A DNA stretch of 64,000 bases from an uncultured bacterium (GCA_963729625.1 CAVSOU010000010.1:576001-640000); one strand, 5' to 3'. Shown: positions 1-10,610, numbered from the stretch's first letter. Notes: generated by a model from the letters alone, not told the origin. Translations and numbers: made by a program.

Positions 1-464
1 AGATCGTCAACGTGATCGCGCCCATCCTCACGCGGCGGGAGGGCCTGCTCGTGCAGTCGACCTATCACCCGTTCCGCATGATCTCGCAACACGCGCGCGG
101 CAATTCCCTTGACCCGGCGCTTTCTTGTCCGATGTATCATGCAGGAGACCGCGGAGACGCTCCAGTATTGGACTGCGCGGCGAGCTACGATGCGACCACC
201 GAGTCGGCCGCGGTATTCCTCATCAATCGCAGCCTTTGCGAAGAACTGGACGTATCCATCGACCTCTCTGGCCGGCGGATTGCGGGCATCGCCGGCGTAG
301 AGGTGCTCGGCGGAGCCAACGTGAAGGCTGCGAACAGCTGGGAGCGTCCGCACGCCGTCGCGCCCTTCAAGGGCGAGGCGGCTCTCGACGACGATGGGAC
401 GGCGCATGTTCGCGTGCCGGCGCCGGGCCTCGCGGTGCTGCGACTTGACGTGGGTCGGGCGTAG
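1..464 (+). CDS. abfA: GH51 alpha-L-arabinofuranosidase (AbfA type), C-terminal part; truncated by the window start
   Basis: The frame is open from the window edge and reads IVNVIAPILT...QSTYHPF...FLINRS...AANSWERP, typical of the GH51 C-terminal beta-sandwich. Confidence 0.85.
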   Translation, partial: IVNVIAPILTRREGLLVQSTYHPFRMISQHARGNSLDPALSCPMYHAGDRGDAPVLDCAASYDATTESAAVFLINRSLCEELDVSIDLSGRRIAGIAGVEVLGGANVKAANSWERPHAVAPFKGEAALDDDGTAHVRVPAPGLAVLRLDVGRA

Positions 465-625
465 AGTACGGGAAGCCAGCTAACGATCCACACATCACGC
501 TCCGAATGATGCCTGCCGCCAGGCAGTAGTCGCTGGCCAGATCGGCTGCTGCCGTCCGGCGCAGATTAGTGTGTTTCACTGCACTCGCGCCAACCACAAT
601 CTCTGCCACGGAAGGGAAAGTCAGC

Positions 626-2566
626 ATGTACCGACTTGTCAGAGCACTACTGGCGGCGGCAGTGCTCATGCCGGCAGGAGCAAGTGGCGGCTTGACCGAT
701 ATGCGTCCGTCCCGAGACACGGCGGGAACCCTCACCCTACATCTCGACCAACGCGGGCCGGCGATCAATCCGACGCTCTTCGGGCTGATGTTCGAGGACA
801 TCAACCACTCCGGCGACGGCGGCATCTATGCGGAGCTTGTCGCCGATCGAAACATGGTCGACGATCCCCAGTCGAACGTGCCATGGGCAACCGAGGCGAC
901 GGGTCATGCGCAGGGAAGCATCGAGTACGTCACTAGCAAGCCGGCGGGAAAGGGTGCGCTGCGGAGCAGCCTGCGCCTGACAATCGTCAAGATCGCCCGG
1001 GGAGAGCGGGTTGGCATTGTCAACGCTGGCTTCGCCGGTATGCCCGCGCAGCCCTCAACAACATATCGCCTGTCGTTTTACGCTCGAAGCGGTGCCGGGT
1101 TTGCGGGACCGCTTATGGCCAGCCTTGAAGATAACCTCGGAAGGGTTCTCGCCACGTCGACGGTTTCGCGTGTCGGCGACTCGTGGCAGCACTATCAGTT
1201 GGCATTGACCACAAAGGCATGGGTCAAGCAATCCTCGACGAATCACCTCGTGATCTCAGGCACGCATACGGGCATCGTGTGGTTCAGTTTTGTCTCGCTC
1301 TTTCCCCCGACCTGGAACAATCGGCCAAATGGCATGCGTGTCGACCTGATGCGTGACCTTCGTGCACTGAATCCTGGATTTCTGCGCTTCCCAGGAGGGA
1401 ATTTCCTCGAGGGCCAAACGGTGGCAACCCGCTTCAATTGGAAGTACACCATCGGTCCAGTCGCACTCAGACCGGGTCACCCGGACGACGCGTGGGGCTA
1501 CTGGTCAAGCGATGGTCTGGGACTGCTGGGATACCTCGAATGGTGTGAGGATTTGCATATGGTCCCGGTGCTTGCCGTGTTCGCCGGCTACGCGCTGCAG
1601 GGCACGTACATCCCGGCAGGACCTCAGCTTGCGCCCTATGTTGCCGATGCGCTGGACGAAATCCAATACGCGAGCGGTGCCGTGACCACGTCGTGGGGCG
1701 CGCGGCGCGCGGCTGACGGGCACGCAGCGCCGTTCACCATCCGCTATGTCGAAGTCGGTAACGAAGACTTTTTTGACCAGTCCGGTAGTTACGATGGGCG
1801 ATTTGCGCAGTTCTACAATGCAATCAAGGCCGTATACCCACACATGCAGATCATCGCGACAACCAGCGTGAAAAGTCGAGTGCCGGATATGATCGACCAG
1901 CACTTTTATGAGAGTCCGGAGTGGTTCGCAGACAATACATCGTACTATGACCGCTACAGCCGCGCCGGGCCGAAGGTCATGGTGGGCGAATATGCTGCTC
2001 GCCCGGACGGTAGCATGATTGGTCAGGGAACGGCCACGCTTGGCACAGCGCTCGGCGAGGCAGCATGGATGACAGGCCTCGAGCGCAATGCGGACGTTGT
2101 GCTGATGGCCTCGTACGCGCCCCTGTTTCAGAACGTGAACGCCTATCAATGGTCGCCGGATCTCATTAGTTACGATAGCCTGACGAGCTATGGCTCGCCA
2201 TCATACTATGTGCAGCAACTATTCGGCCAGAACCTTGGCAGTGTCGTCGTGCCTGCTACATTGTCGGGAGCCGCGAAGCTCAGCTACGTGGCTAGTCGAG
2301 ACATCAAGACTGGCGCGCTCTACGTTACGGTCGTGAACACGAGCGGCAGCGCACAGAAGGTCGATATCAAGGTCGTCGGCGCGATTGCCGTTTCATCGCG
2401 TGGGACAGCCAGCGTGTTGACCTCAAACAGCACCGACGCGGCCAACTCGCTCACGGATCCCGAGAACGTCCATCCCGTGACCACGACTACCGCCGGTCTC
2501 GGTCGTGCGTTTTCACGCACCTTCCCACCGGACTCGCTCACAGTCCTGCATCTCGATATCACATAG
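626..2566 (+). CDS. Secreted GH51 alpha-L-arabinofuranosidase with a CBM4/9-like domain
   Basis: Signal peptide MYRLVRALLAAAVL; motifs FEDINHSGDGGIYAE, LRFPGG, VGNED (acid/base), VGEYA (nucleophile) and ASYAPLF. Start moved to ATG 626, after GAAGGGAAAG. Confidence 0.9.
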   Translation: MYRLVRALLAAAVLMPAGASGGLTDMRPSRDTAGTLTLHLDQRGPAINPTLFGLMFEDINHSGDGGIYAELVADRNMVDDPQSNVPWATEATGHAQGSIEYVTSKPAGKGALRSSLRLTIVKIARGERVGIVNAGFAGMPAQPSTTYRLSFYARSGAGFAGPLMASLEDNLGRVLATSTVSRVGDSWQHYQLALTTKAWVKQSSTNHLVISGTHTGIVWFSFVSLFPPTWNNRPNGMRVDLMRDLRALNPGFLRFPGGNFLEGQTVATRFNWKYTIGPVALRPGHPDDAWGYWSSDGLGLLGYLEWCEDLHMVPVLAVFAGYALQGTYIPAGPQLAPYVADALDEIQYASGAVTTSWGARRAADGHAAPFTIRYVEVGNEDFFDQSGSYDGRFAQFYNAIKAVYPHMQIIATTSVKSRVPDMIDQHFYESPEWFADNTSYYDRYSRAGPKVMVGEYAARPDGSMIGQGTATLGTALGEAAWMTGLERNADVVLMASYAPLFQNVNAYQWSPDLISYDSLTSYGSPSYYVQQLFGQNLGSVVVPATLSGAAKLSYVASRDIKTGALYVTVVNTSGSAQKVDIKVVGAIAVSSRGTASVLTSNSTDAANSLTDPENVHPVTTTTAGLGRAFSRTFPPDSLTVLHLDIT

Positions 2567-2661
2567 GCTGCTCTCGAGACACACGCCTTCGCTTCTTCCA
2601 CTGTTCACGGCTGCCACGGCCTATCCGTTTGCTGTTGTCCGTAGCGAGCCCACACTCTTCG

Positions 2662-3603
2662 TCAGCTGGGAAAATCCTCCATGGAGGGCACCACGGCAGC
2701 CAGCTCGGCCCAGAGGTCGTCCGGCACGGGATGCTGCGCGAGTGCGATTGTCTCAGCCACCCGTTCCGGTCTGCTGATGCCCACGACTGTCGTGTCGATA
2801 CGCGGTTCTCGCAGCGATATCTGTAGCGCGGCCGCAGCCAGCGGCACCTGATAGCGCGCGCAGATCGCTTCCAGACGGAAGGCCTTGCCAACGACTTCGG
2901 GTAAGGCAACCGTGTAGGCATAGCGAGCGTCGGTGCCCGGACCCTTACTCAGGATGCCACCGCCGTAGACCGCCGCATTTAGCGTGGCCATGCCACGCCT
3001 TTTGGCGAGATCCCACAACCCGTCGGCTACCTTATTGAGCAGCGTGAAGCGGTTATGACAAAGAACGGCCTCGAACGCGCCAGTCTCCACGCAGCGGGTC
3101 ATAACGTCGATCTCGCCACCGGCCACGCCGACATGCTCAACTAATCCCTCCGCCATGCACCACCGGACTGCCTCGAACGGCCCGTCTGGAGCCATGACCT
3201 TCTCGAACGTGCTGAACTCCGGATTGTGGAGAAATACAAGTTGCAGGCGTTGCAATCCTAGCAACTGCAGGCTCCGTTCCACACTCCGGCGCGTTTCATC
3301 GTGTGCCGAGGCGCCAGGGGCCATGCGACATGTGACCTTGGTCATCAGTACGAAGCCATCCGGCAAGCCTCCCCGCTCGCGCAATGCGATGCCGAGCCGC
3401 CGCTCACTCTCTCCGTATCCGGCGGCAGTGTCGGCGCAGTTTGTCGGCCCGTCGAAGATCGCTCGAGCTGTTGCCACGCCTCGCTCCTCGCCGACCGTGT
3501 ATGGAAAGTTCCCGGGATCGCCCAACGGCGCCGTACCGAAGCAAAGCGGATCTACGACGAGACCCGTCGAGCCAAGAGGTTGTTTCCGCCAGCCTGTCTG
3601 CAT
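2662..3603 (-). CDS. Aldo/keto reductase (aldose 1-dehydrogenase-like)
   Basis: GTAPLG, DTAAGYGESE, TK, SVERSLQLLG, LH motifs; AAGGAG RBS. Confidence 0.88.
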   Translation of the reverse strand: MQTGWRKQPLGSTGLVVDPLCFGTAPLGDPGNFPYTVGEERGVATARAIFDGPTNCADTAAGYGESERRLGIALRERGGLPDGFVLMTKVTCRMAPGASAHDETRRSVERSLQLLGLQRLQLVFLHNPEFSTFEKVMAPDGPFEAVRWCMAEGLVEHVGVAGGEIDVMTRCVETGAFEAVLCHNRFTLLNKVADGLWDLAKRRGMATLNAAVYGGGILSKGPGTDARYAYTVALPEVVGKAFRLEAICARYQVPLAAAALQISLREPRIDTTVVGISRPERVAETIALAQHPVPDDLWAELAAVVPSMEDFPS

Positions 3604-4102
3604 GTCTCCTTCAGCCTTTTCCAGTGCCTACGGTAAGGCACTGTATAACTATTCTCAGATCCAAGTTGTTCTAGCCTTGGGCCGGCCCGCCACACCGCGG
3701 CCGGCCGAAATCCGCGGCAACCGCACGCCCAGCGGGCCGTTACCTGCAAGTCCTCGAGCGCGTTGCCTCGGACAACGTGTCCGAACCACTACGCGCTATC
3801 GTCCACGCTCCGCTGTTACAGCGAGAGGTTGATACCTGCACGGCTAAAGTGGGTACTGGCGCCAAGAGCCCATGCGAGTTGATCCGCCGGTGTCCACCAG
3901 AACCACTCGCGCAACTGCACTCGTGCACGGATGGCTCGCATCGCCCGAATGCCCACCGCACGTTTTGCACCCGACAGACTCCACCAGATCCATCTGTCGT
4001 GCGCTCGGTCGTGGTCACTGGCACCCGGGGGCGCGGACAGTGACCCGAGCTGCTGTTGACGGGCTCGTGCCTCCCAGCCTCCCAACGCGAACAGTGGGAT
4101 CG

Positions 4103-4585
4103 TCAACCCGCTCCTGCGGCCGCATGAGGCGACTCGGGTGTAATCTGCATCAGCTCTATCCGGTTGCCGTCGGGATCGGCTATCCAGTACTGCCAGTTGT
4201 GGTCTACGCCCTGAGTAGCCTTGCCTATGCTTTCGGCTGGTACGCCGCGTGCGACCATATCGCGCAAGGTGCTTTGGATATCGTCAACGGTGAGCGCGAA
4301 GTGGTGATAGCTATTCCCGGTGCTTCGCATGAGATCCTCAGGTATGGCCAGTGAAAAACGGCCGGACCCAGTCCCCATCTCGGCCGAGGATCCCACCGGC
4401 GCGCCAACCGGGAATAGTTCGATAAATGCGCCAGGCGCCACCTGGATGTACACGATCCATGGCGACGGCATGCCTTCCTGATCCAGACGGAATGCCTCGC
4501 TGAATCCAAGCTTGTTACAGTAAAAGTCCAGGGCGCGATCGAGATCCGCGATGTGAAATGCTATGTGCCCGATACCGGTCACCAT
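4103..4585 (-). CDS. VOC/glyoxalase-family protein, paralogue A
   Basis: GHIAF..DLDRALDFY..LGF, IELF, HHF..VDD, DPDGNRIELM; full H/E/H/E metal-ligand set. Confidence 0.9.
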   Translation of the reverse strand: MVTGIGHIAFHIADLDRALDFYCNKLGFSEAFRLDQEGMPSPWIVYIQVAPGAFIELFPVGAPVGSSAEMGTGSGRFSLAIPEDLMRSTGNSYHHFALTVDDIQSTLRDMVARGVPAESIGKATQGVDHNWQYWIADPDGNRIELMQITPESPHAAAGAG

Positions 4586-4706
4586 GAGCTGCTCTCCAAA
4601 CTTGTCTCGGCCGAGCCGAGCGCACTAATCCGTCAATCAGGAACCTCTGACCCACAGCTCGGACTGCACCGTCAGAGCGACAAGGAACTGTAACCGCACC
4701 AGTGGA

Positions 4707-5603
4707 TTAGCCCTTGAGCGCGCCCGCGGTCAGGCCGCTGATGAACTGCCGCTGCAGGGCAAGGTAGACGATCACGATGGGCACGGTCGCCATGGTCAAA
4801 CCTGCGGTAAGCGCCGGCCAGTCCGTCGAGTATTGCCCGACGGCCTGATAGAGCGCCGCCTGCAGCGTCTTGGAATCCGGCGACGCCAAAAAGGTATTGG
4901 CAAACATGAACTCGTTCCAGGTACCCATGAACTGAAAGATCGTAATCGTGGCGATGCCAGGGCCAGTAAGCGGCAGGTAGACACGCCGGAACACACCGAA
5001 CTCAGAACAGCCGTCCATCTTGCCCGCGTCGCCCAGCTCGGCAGGTAACGTCTTGAAAAAGGCTCGCATCAAGAATGTCGCGAACGGCAGCGCACCGCCC
5101 AGATACGAGAAGGAGAGACCGGGCGACGTGTCGACCAGGTTGATGTCCTTGAGAAAGATGAACATCGGAACCAGGATAGCGGCTCCCGGAACCATCATTG
5201 CCGATAGGAATATATAGAATACAATCTCGCGTCCCGGAAACGGCAGACGCGCGAACGCGTATCCGGTCAGCGTGGAGACCGCTACCACGATCGCCACGGT
5301 CATCGCCGTGACCACAACCGTGTTCTCGAAAGCCTGAGGGAAGTTCATGGCAGTCCAGGCTCGCTGGTACGCTGAGCCATCCAGCGTGCTGGGGATGATT
5401 GAGCCGAAAGTCTCGTCCTGCGGTGTGACCGACGTCAGCAGCATCCACGCGAGCGGAAAGATAGTGACGATGATCAGCAGGATCAGGATCGCGTAGACTC
5501 CGGACTTCGTGGCGATCGCCTGCGTGCGATAGGAGGAGCCTCGTCTCATCGTCGGCGGCCGGTCCGCCAGGGCCGGAGTTCTAGGCTGACGAGATGTGGC
5601 CAT
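4707..5603 (-). CDS. Carbohydrate ABC transporter permease (MalG-like)
   Basis: About six TM helices, EAA-loop variant ELGDAGKMDGCS, WNEF, C-terminal GLTAGALKG. Confidence 0.92.
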   Translation of the reverse strand: MATSRQPRTPALADRPPTMRRGSSYRTQAIATKSGVYAILILLIIVTIFPLAWMLLTSVTPQDETFGSIIPSTLDGSAYQRAWTAMNFPQAFENTVVVTAMTVAIVVAVSTLTGYAFARLPFPGREIVFYIFLSAMMVPGAAILVPMFIFLKDINLVDTSPGLSFSYLGGALPFATFLMRAFFKTLPAELGDAGKMDGCSEFGVFRRVYLPLTGPGIATITIFQFMGTWNEFMFANTFLASPDSKTLQAALYQAVGQYSTDWPALTAGLTMATVPIVIVYLALQRQFISGLTAGALKG

Positions 5604-5627
5604 GATCGGTGCCTCCTTTCTCCCGTA

Positions 5628-6557
5628 TCAATACTCGGTTGCCTCGGATTGTCCGAGACGAATTTGCACGATACTGATGAAGGCGGAAAGCACGAGGATG
5701 ACCACGCCAATCGTGGACGCGTAGCCCAGCTCGGGGTTCGCAGCCCCGTAGGAGCCAAAAGCCGAATAGTAGAGGTACGTACCCAGGGTATCGCTGGAAT
5801 GGACGGGCCCGCCCTCGGTCATGGTCCAGATCTGGTCGAACGCCTTGATGCCGTTGATAGTGTTGAGCACCACCACAACAGTCATGACAGGCCTCAGGAG
5901 AGGTACTGTCACTCGGAGGAATTGGTGCCAGGCGTTCGCGCCGTCGATCGCCGCGGCCTCGTGCAGCTCGTGCGGAATGCTTTGCAGGCCGGCCAGGAAG
6001 ATCACCATGTAGAAACCCATGGCCTGCCAGATCGAGACCACTATGACAGAAGGCAGCGACGTGTTCATGTCGGCCAGCCAGGGGTGAGCGAGGTTCTTGA
6101 GGCCAATGTCGCCAAGCAGGTTGTTGATGACGCCGTTAGTGGGATCGTAGATGATGGTCCACAAGAGCCCGCTGACAGCCAGGGAGATAATCACCGGCAT
6201 GAAGTAGATGGTCCGAAAGATCACGCTGCCGTGGATCTTCCCATTGAGCAGGACGGCGACCAGAAGCGGAATGGCGGTCTGGAAGACCACGGTAACGACG
6301 ACGAACACGGCAGTGTGGGCCAGAGCATTCCGGAACAACTCGTCTTGCAGAAGATCCTGGTAGTTGCCCCATCCGACCCACGTGGCCGGGGTAATGCCGT
6401 TCCAGGACTGGAAGCTCATGATGATGGTCCTGACCATCGGCACGAGCATGAACGCAACCATGATCACCGCTGCCGGGATCAGGAAGGCGATGGGCAGCCC
6501 AAACGTGCGAACTGTTCGCCTGAAGGACCCTCGAGGCCGCATGGTCGAAGCTGCCAT
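5628..6557 (-). CDS. Carbohydrate ABC transporter permease (MalF-like)
   Basis: WVGWGNY, RTIYFMP, LAGLQSIPHELHEAAAIDGAN, MTEGGP. Confidence 0.92.
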   Translation of the reverse strand: MAASTMRPRGSFRRTVRTFGLPIAFLIPAAVIMVAFMLVPMVRTIIMSFQSWNGITPATWVGWGNYQDLLQDELFRNALAHTAVFVVVTVVFQTAIPLLVAVLLNGKIHGSVIFRTIYFMPVIISLAVSGLLWTIIYDPTNGVINNLLGDIGLKNLAHPWLADMNTSLPSVIVVSIWQAMGFYMVIFLAGLQSIPHELHEAAAIDGANAWHQFLRVTVPLLRPVMTVVVVLNTINGIKAFDQIWTMTEGGPVHSSDTLGTYLYYSAFGSYGAANPELGYASTIGVVILVLSAFISIVQIRLGQSEATEY

Positions 6558-6648
6558 GGCGTTGCGCTAACCTCCGCTCCCCTCGAATCAGAGGACTCCG
6601 TGCTCCGTTCTGATCAAACCGCGCCGTCGCATACACTTGGCGCCGAGG

Positions 6649-6689
6649 CCAGGATCTGTCGTTGCCATGTCGGCAGCGAAAGATCCTGG
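6649..6689 (-). other. Long intergenic stem-loop downstream of the binding-protein gene (no U-tract)
   Basis: CCAGGATCT (6649-57) pairs with AGATCCTGG (6681-89), with an inner TCGTTGCC/GGCAGCGA stem. Confidence 0.6.
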
Positions 6690-6741
6690 TCCCGAATGCC
6701 AGAGAACTCAGGTTCCTGGCACGCCCCAGGCGCCGCAGGCG

Positions 6742-8094
6742 CTAGTGGCGACCCTGCCGCGCCTTCAGCACGTCCGACTGCACCTTTGCCCCGGCCTTGA
6801 GCGGGTCGAGCGCTCCTGCCAGGACGGCTGTAGCGGCATTAGAGACCGCATTCCAGCACCCAACGCCGTAGAGAATGTGGTCCGTGCCGTCCGGCAGATA
6901 CCCGATCATCGTGCTGACCAGCGGGTCCGTGATCATGCTCTTGGCAGTGACGATCGAGGGGAATTGCTGGCTATTCTTGATGATGATGTTGTAGACGGCT
7001 GGGCTGAACAGGTATTTCACGAAATCCAGCGCCAGGTCCAGGTGAGCTCCCTTCGCATTGACCGCGACACCCTCGCCGCTGCCGTCGCCACACCAGTGTC
7101 GTTCGCCCTTGGTGACGGTGGGAACCTTCGCCACGGCGACGAGCGGCTGGACGGCCTTCGGCGCCGCCCCACGCATGTCGCCCACGAACCATGAGCCGTC
7201 CCAGTGCATAACGGACTGGGCGTGGTAGAACATCTCCTCCGATTGCGGCGACTGCGAGAGCCCGTTCACGCCTTCCGGGAACACATTGGCTTTGTTCAGC
7301 TTGCCGAGCAGCGCGAACGCGTCGTTCACCGGTTTGGAGTCCCAGGTCAGCCCCTTCTGGGTCAGGCTGTCCAACGCGTAGACGTCGCCACCGTACTGTG
7401 TCACCAGGGGCAGCACGAAATCTGGCCCAGCATTGCCCAGCGCGTTGCCCCAGGACACTGGGACATAGCCGGCCTTACGGATGGCCGGAGTCATGGCGAT
7501 GAGATCGTCCCAGGTCTCGGGCGGCTGCAGACCCAGCTTCTTCATGATCTGCGTGTTGTAGTACATGCCGAAGTCCTGGGCATTGAGCGGCAACGCGTAG
7601 ATCTTGCCGTTGTCGTAGGTGAACTGCCTGATCGGGCTGGGGAAGAACTGCTTGACGAACGATGCGGGCACGTGGGTGGCGTAGTCGATGCTGTCGCCGG
7701 AGCGACCCAGCTGCGCCGTGAGCGTGGCCGCGTTATAGATGTCCGGCAACGTCTTTGCCGCCACCTGGCTTGTGAAGGCAGGCAGATACTGCGCGTAGGT
7801 GATGAAATCGCTCTGTACGACCACGCCGGGATGCAGCTTGGTGAACCCGGCCAGGATATCCTTGAACCACTGCGGATTGGCGCCAAACGAGTTGTTCCAG
7901 TGCTGAAAGCGCAAGGTGGTGGTAGAACTCGCGCGCACCACTGCCGGGGTGCGCCCGGTCTGCACACCGATTCCCGCGGCAACAGCCGCACCAGCCACGC
8001 CTATCTTCGCCGCGGTTGTCAGTGCGTCGCGGCGGCTTATCTCCACTCGAGCTTGTTCCGTTGGCACCGACTGATCTTGAGTATCTTGCTTCAT
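6742..8094 (-). CDS. CUT1 sugar ABC transporter solute-binding protein, Tat-exported
   Basis: SRRDAL twin-arginine signal; YALP, YYNT..MKKLG..PPETWDDL, DGSW motifs. Start moved to ATG 8094, after GGAAGGG. Confidence 0.88.
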   Translation of the reverse strand: MKQDTQDQSVPTEQARVEISRRDALTTAAKIGVAGAAVAAGIGVQTGRTPAVVRASSTTTLRFQHWNNSFGANPQWFKDILAGFTKLHPGVVVQSDFITYAQYLPAFTSQVAAKTLPDIYNAATLTAQLGRSGDSIDYATHVPASFVKQFFPSPIRQFTYDNGKIYALPLNAQDFGMYYNTQIMKKLGLQPPETWDDLIAMTPAIRKAGYVPVSWGNALGNAGPDFVLPLVTQYGGDVYALDSLTQKGLTWDSKPVNDAFALLGKLNKANVFPEGVNGLSQSPQSEEMFYHAQSVMHWDGSWFVGDMRGAAPKAVQPLVAVAKVPTVTKGERHWCGDGSGEGVAVNAKGAHLDLALDFVKYLFSPAVYNIIIKNSQQFPSIVTAKSMITDPLVSTMIGYLPDGTDHILYGVGCWNAVSNAATAVLAGALDPLKAGAKVQSDVLKARQGRH

Positions 8095-8330
8095 AGCAAC
8101 CAAACCCTTCCCAACTCTGGGAGGCCACTGCACCAGAGCGAGTGGCGTCTGCCCAGGAAGACGACGAATGATCGGGCTCATTGGCCTGTTCACTGCTCGG
8201 ATATGCCACCTCTCGGCACGTCACGCCAAGCCGACTGTTCAACCCCTCTCTTCAACGACCTGCCGGCCGTCCACTTGCGTCACGGCACAACTCAAAGAGC
8301 GCCGGCCCAGCTAATGCGCTGCTTGCCACG

Positions 8331-9359
8331 TCAGCGGTCTGCGCCTTCAAGACGCGCGGCGAACTGGGCCCTCATTGATTCCCATGCTGCAATCACCTGG
8401 TCGTCGAACGGATCCTCATCGCTATTCGCAATGCCGCCTTGCGCGTCCAGCCAGGCGACACTCCTGCGCACGCCGTCGACGAACGGTATCGAGTAGCGGA
8501 ATTGGAGATCCCGACGCGCCGCGGAAGTGTCAAAGATATTGACGTACTGCAAGTCGTTGACGATAAATGCTGCGTGGCGTGGCGCAACCTCCCCCAGCAG
8601 GCTGGTCGGGATGTGTACCTTGGTTGGCTCCGGCGCGCCCAGTGCTTCGGCTACTTTGTCGTGGTAGCGATTCCACGTGAGCCATTCTTCGCCGGTGACG
8701 TTGTACGCCTGCCCGAAGGTTGCCTTGTTTCCGATCGCCCCGACGAAGCCGCCTGCCACGTCGTCCGCGTGGCAGATCACGGTAAGCGCGTTGCCGTCGC
8801 CATGCACCACGATCGGCTTTCCCTTGCGTATGCGGTCGAGATACGTGGTCGTCAGGCCAAATGTGTGAAACACCCCTCGCCCATCACCGTACGTTGGGCC
8901 TGGACGAAGGATGGTCACGGTGAGATCGCCACGTCGATGCGCGTCGACGAACACGTCTTCACAGCGCGACTTCTTCTGCGCGTACTCGCCAACGGGTGTG
9001 TCGCGTGGCGCATGCTCCGTCAGCGGGTAGCCATCGCCTGCCTTGTTGTAGACCGTGACCGTGCTGCAGAAGATGTAGTGCCCGGTCCTCCCTCGGCAGC
9101 TACGAACGGCGCACCGTGCCTCTTCGGGGTCGAAGCAGACCATGTCGATCACGCAGTCGAAGTAGCCGAGTTGCTCGATCTGCTCTTCAAACCGCGGGTA
9201 GTCGGTGCGGTCGCCACGGACTACGCGGACCTGTCCATCCACGCGCAACGGAGTCTTACCGCGGTTGTAAAGTGTTACGTCATCGCCTCGGCTCACCAGT
9301 TGACGCGTGATGCCCGTGCTGATAAGACCTGATCCGCCGATAATGAGTGTCTTCATCAT
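8331..9359 (-). CDS. NAD-dependent epimerase/dehydratase (extended SDR)
   Basis: IIGGSGLIS Rossmann motif, YNRG, FCST..VY, YAQKK (YxxxK), LRPGPTYG. Confidence 0.88.
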   Translation of the reverse strand: MMKTLIIGGSGLISTGITRQLVSRGDDVTLYNRGKTPLRVDGQVRVVRGDRTDYPRFEEQIEQLGYFDCVIDMVCFDPEEARCAVRSCRGRTGHYIFCSTVTVYNKAGDGYPLTEHAPRDTPVGEYAQKKSRCEDVFVDAHRRGDLTVTILRPGPTYGDGRGVFHTFGLTTTYLDRIRKGKPIVVHGDGNALTVICHADDVAGGFVGAIGNKATFGQAYNVTGEEWLTWNRYHDKVAEALGAPEPTKVHIPTSLLGEVAPRHAAFIVNDLQYVNIFDTSAARRDLQFRYSIPFVDGVRRSVAWLDAQGGIANSDEDPFDDQVIAAWESMRAQFAARLEGADR

Positions 9360-9440
9360 CTACCCTTCTTGCGTATGGCTTCAGGCCAGGCTGTGCTTGG
9401 TCGCTTCACAGTATCGTTTCCGGGCAGCGCCAGCCTAAGC

Positions 9441-10520
9441 TCACTGGAGGCTATCGATGTCGTCGTGTGATGTCACAGGCGCTGCCCGCAAGGAGCTCGA
9501 CCCTCGTACAATCAGGTCCGGTAGCGGGAGTTCAGACATTGCCGGCGATCCGGGCACCGCCGGCCGGATCAACGAGAGAACCAGATCGGCAGCCCGTTGG
9601 CCAATCTCGCGCTGGTGCAGCCGAATGCTCGTGAGTGGCGGTTGAGCTACGACGGCGATCTCAGTGTCGTCGACGCCCACAATGGCTACGTCTTCCGGCA
9701 CGCGCTCACCCGCTTCGCGGCACGCGAGCTGTGCGCCAACGGCGAGCAAGTCATTGACCGCGAATACGGCGTCGGGCCGGGAACGCTGGGCGAACAGCGT
9801 CGAGGCCGCGACAAAGCCTTCGCGGATCGTGGCGTGCAAGGCATAGCGGAGCCACTCTGGCTTGGGAGTAATATCGCTGCCGAGCAGAGTGTTCCTGTAC
9901 CCTGTAAGCCGCTGCTGCGAGATCCAGTGACCGCTGCCCCTCACGCCAATGAACGCAATATGTCGTCGCCCTTCGTTCAGGAGATGCTGTGTCGCTAGTG
10001 CCCCTACCCGTTCCTCTGAGATCAGGATCGACTCGAACGGTGCTGGGTCTAGCGGCACGGCTCTTGACTGGCTGTTGATGAAAACCGTCGGGCAGTTGCA
10101 GCGGAAACGGTCCATCATCTGCCGCAGAGCCGCCGCGTCGATGCCGGTATTCCAGAGAATCAGTCCCGAGACACGGTGTGCCAGGAAGCCCTGTACCTGC
10201 GAGGCCTCGCGTCCTGGGTCATCTCTCGATGTCGCTATCGACAAGCCATAGCCGTTTCGCTCGGCCTGTTCCGCGCAGCTATCTATGGCCTTGGCGAAAA
10301 ATGGGTTGGCGAGGTCGGGCACCACGACGCCAAGTGTGGCCATCTGGTTGGTGGCAAGTCCACGGGCGATTGGATTGGGGTGAAAATCCAGCTCCTTAAT
10401 CGCCCGCAAGACTTTGTCGCGTGTTTCAGCCTGGACCCATCGCTCATTGTTCAGAACTCGCGAGATCGTCTTCGGCGATACGTCGGCTGCTTTGGCCACA
10501 TCGCGAATGGTGACAGTCAT
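9441..10520 (-). CDS. LacI-family transcriptional regulator 1
   Basis: TIRDVAKAADVSPKTISRVLN HTH, PNPIARGL hinge, PEDVAIVGVDD, PPLTSI. Confidence 0.95.
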   Translation of the reverse strand: MTVTIRDVAKAADVSPKTISRVLNNERWVQAETRDKVLRAIKELDFHPNPIARGLATNQMATLGVVVPDLANPFFAKAIDSCAEQAERNGYGLSIATSRDDPGREASQVQGFLAHRVSGLILWNTGIDAAALRQMMDRFRCNCPTVFINSQSRAVPLDPAPFESILISEERVGALATQHLLNEGRRHIAFIGVRGSGHWISQQRLTGYRNTLLGSDITPKPEWLRYALHATIREGFVAASTLFAQRSRPDAVFAVNDLLAVGAQLACREAGERVPEDVAIVGVDDTEIAVVAQPPLTSIRLHQREIGQRAADLVLSLIRPAVPGSPAMSELPLPDLIVRGSSSLRAAPVTSHDDIDSLQ

Positions 10521-10585
10521 GTGCCTAACACCCGCCTGTTCTGGCGCTTGACCAATTCCGTGCCGAATCTCGCATCCAGGAAACC

Positions 10586-10599
10586 TGTCAACGGTGTCA
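10586..10599. promoter_or_regulatory. Probable LacI-family operator (autoregulatory)
   Basis: TGTCAACGGTGTCA fits the TGNNANCGNTNNCA LacI pattern and lies between the predicted promoter and the LacI start. Confidence 0.6.
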
Positions 10600-10610
10600 G
10601 TACCTCAGTT

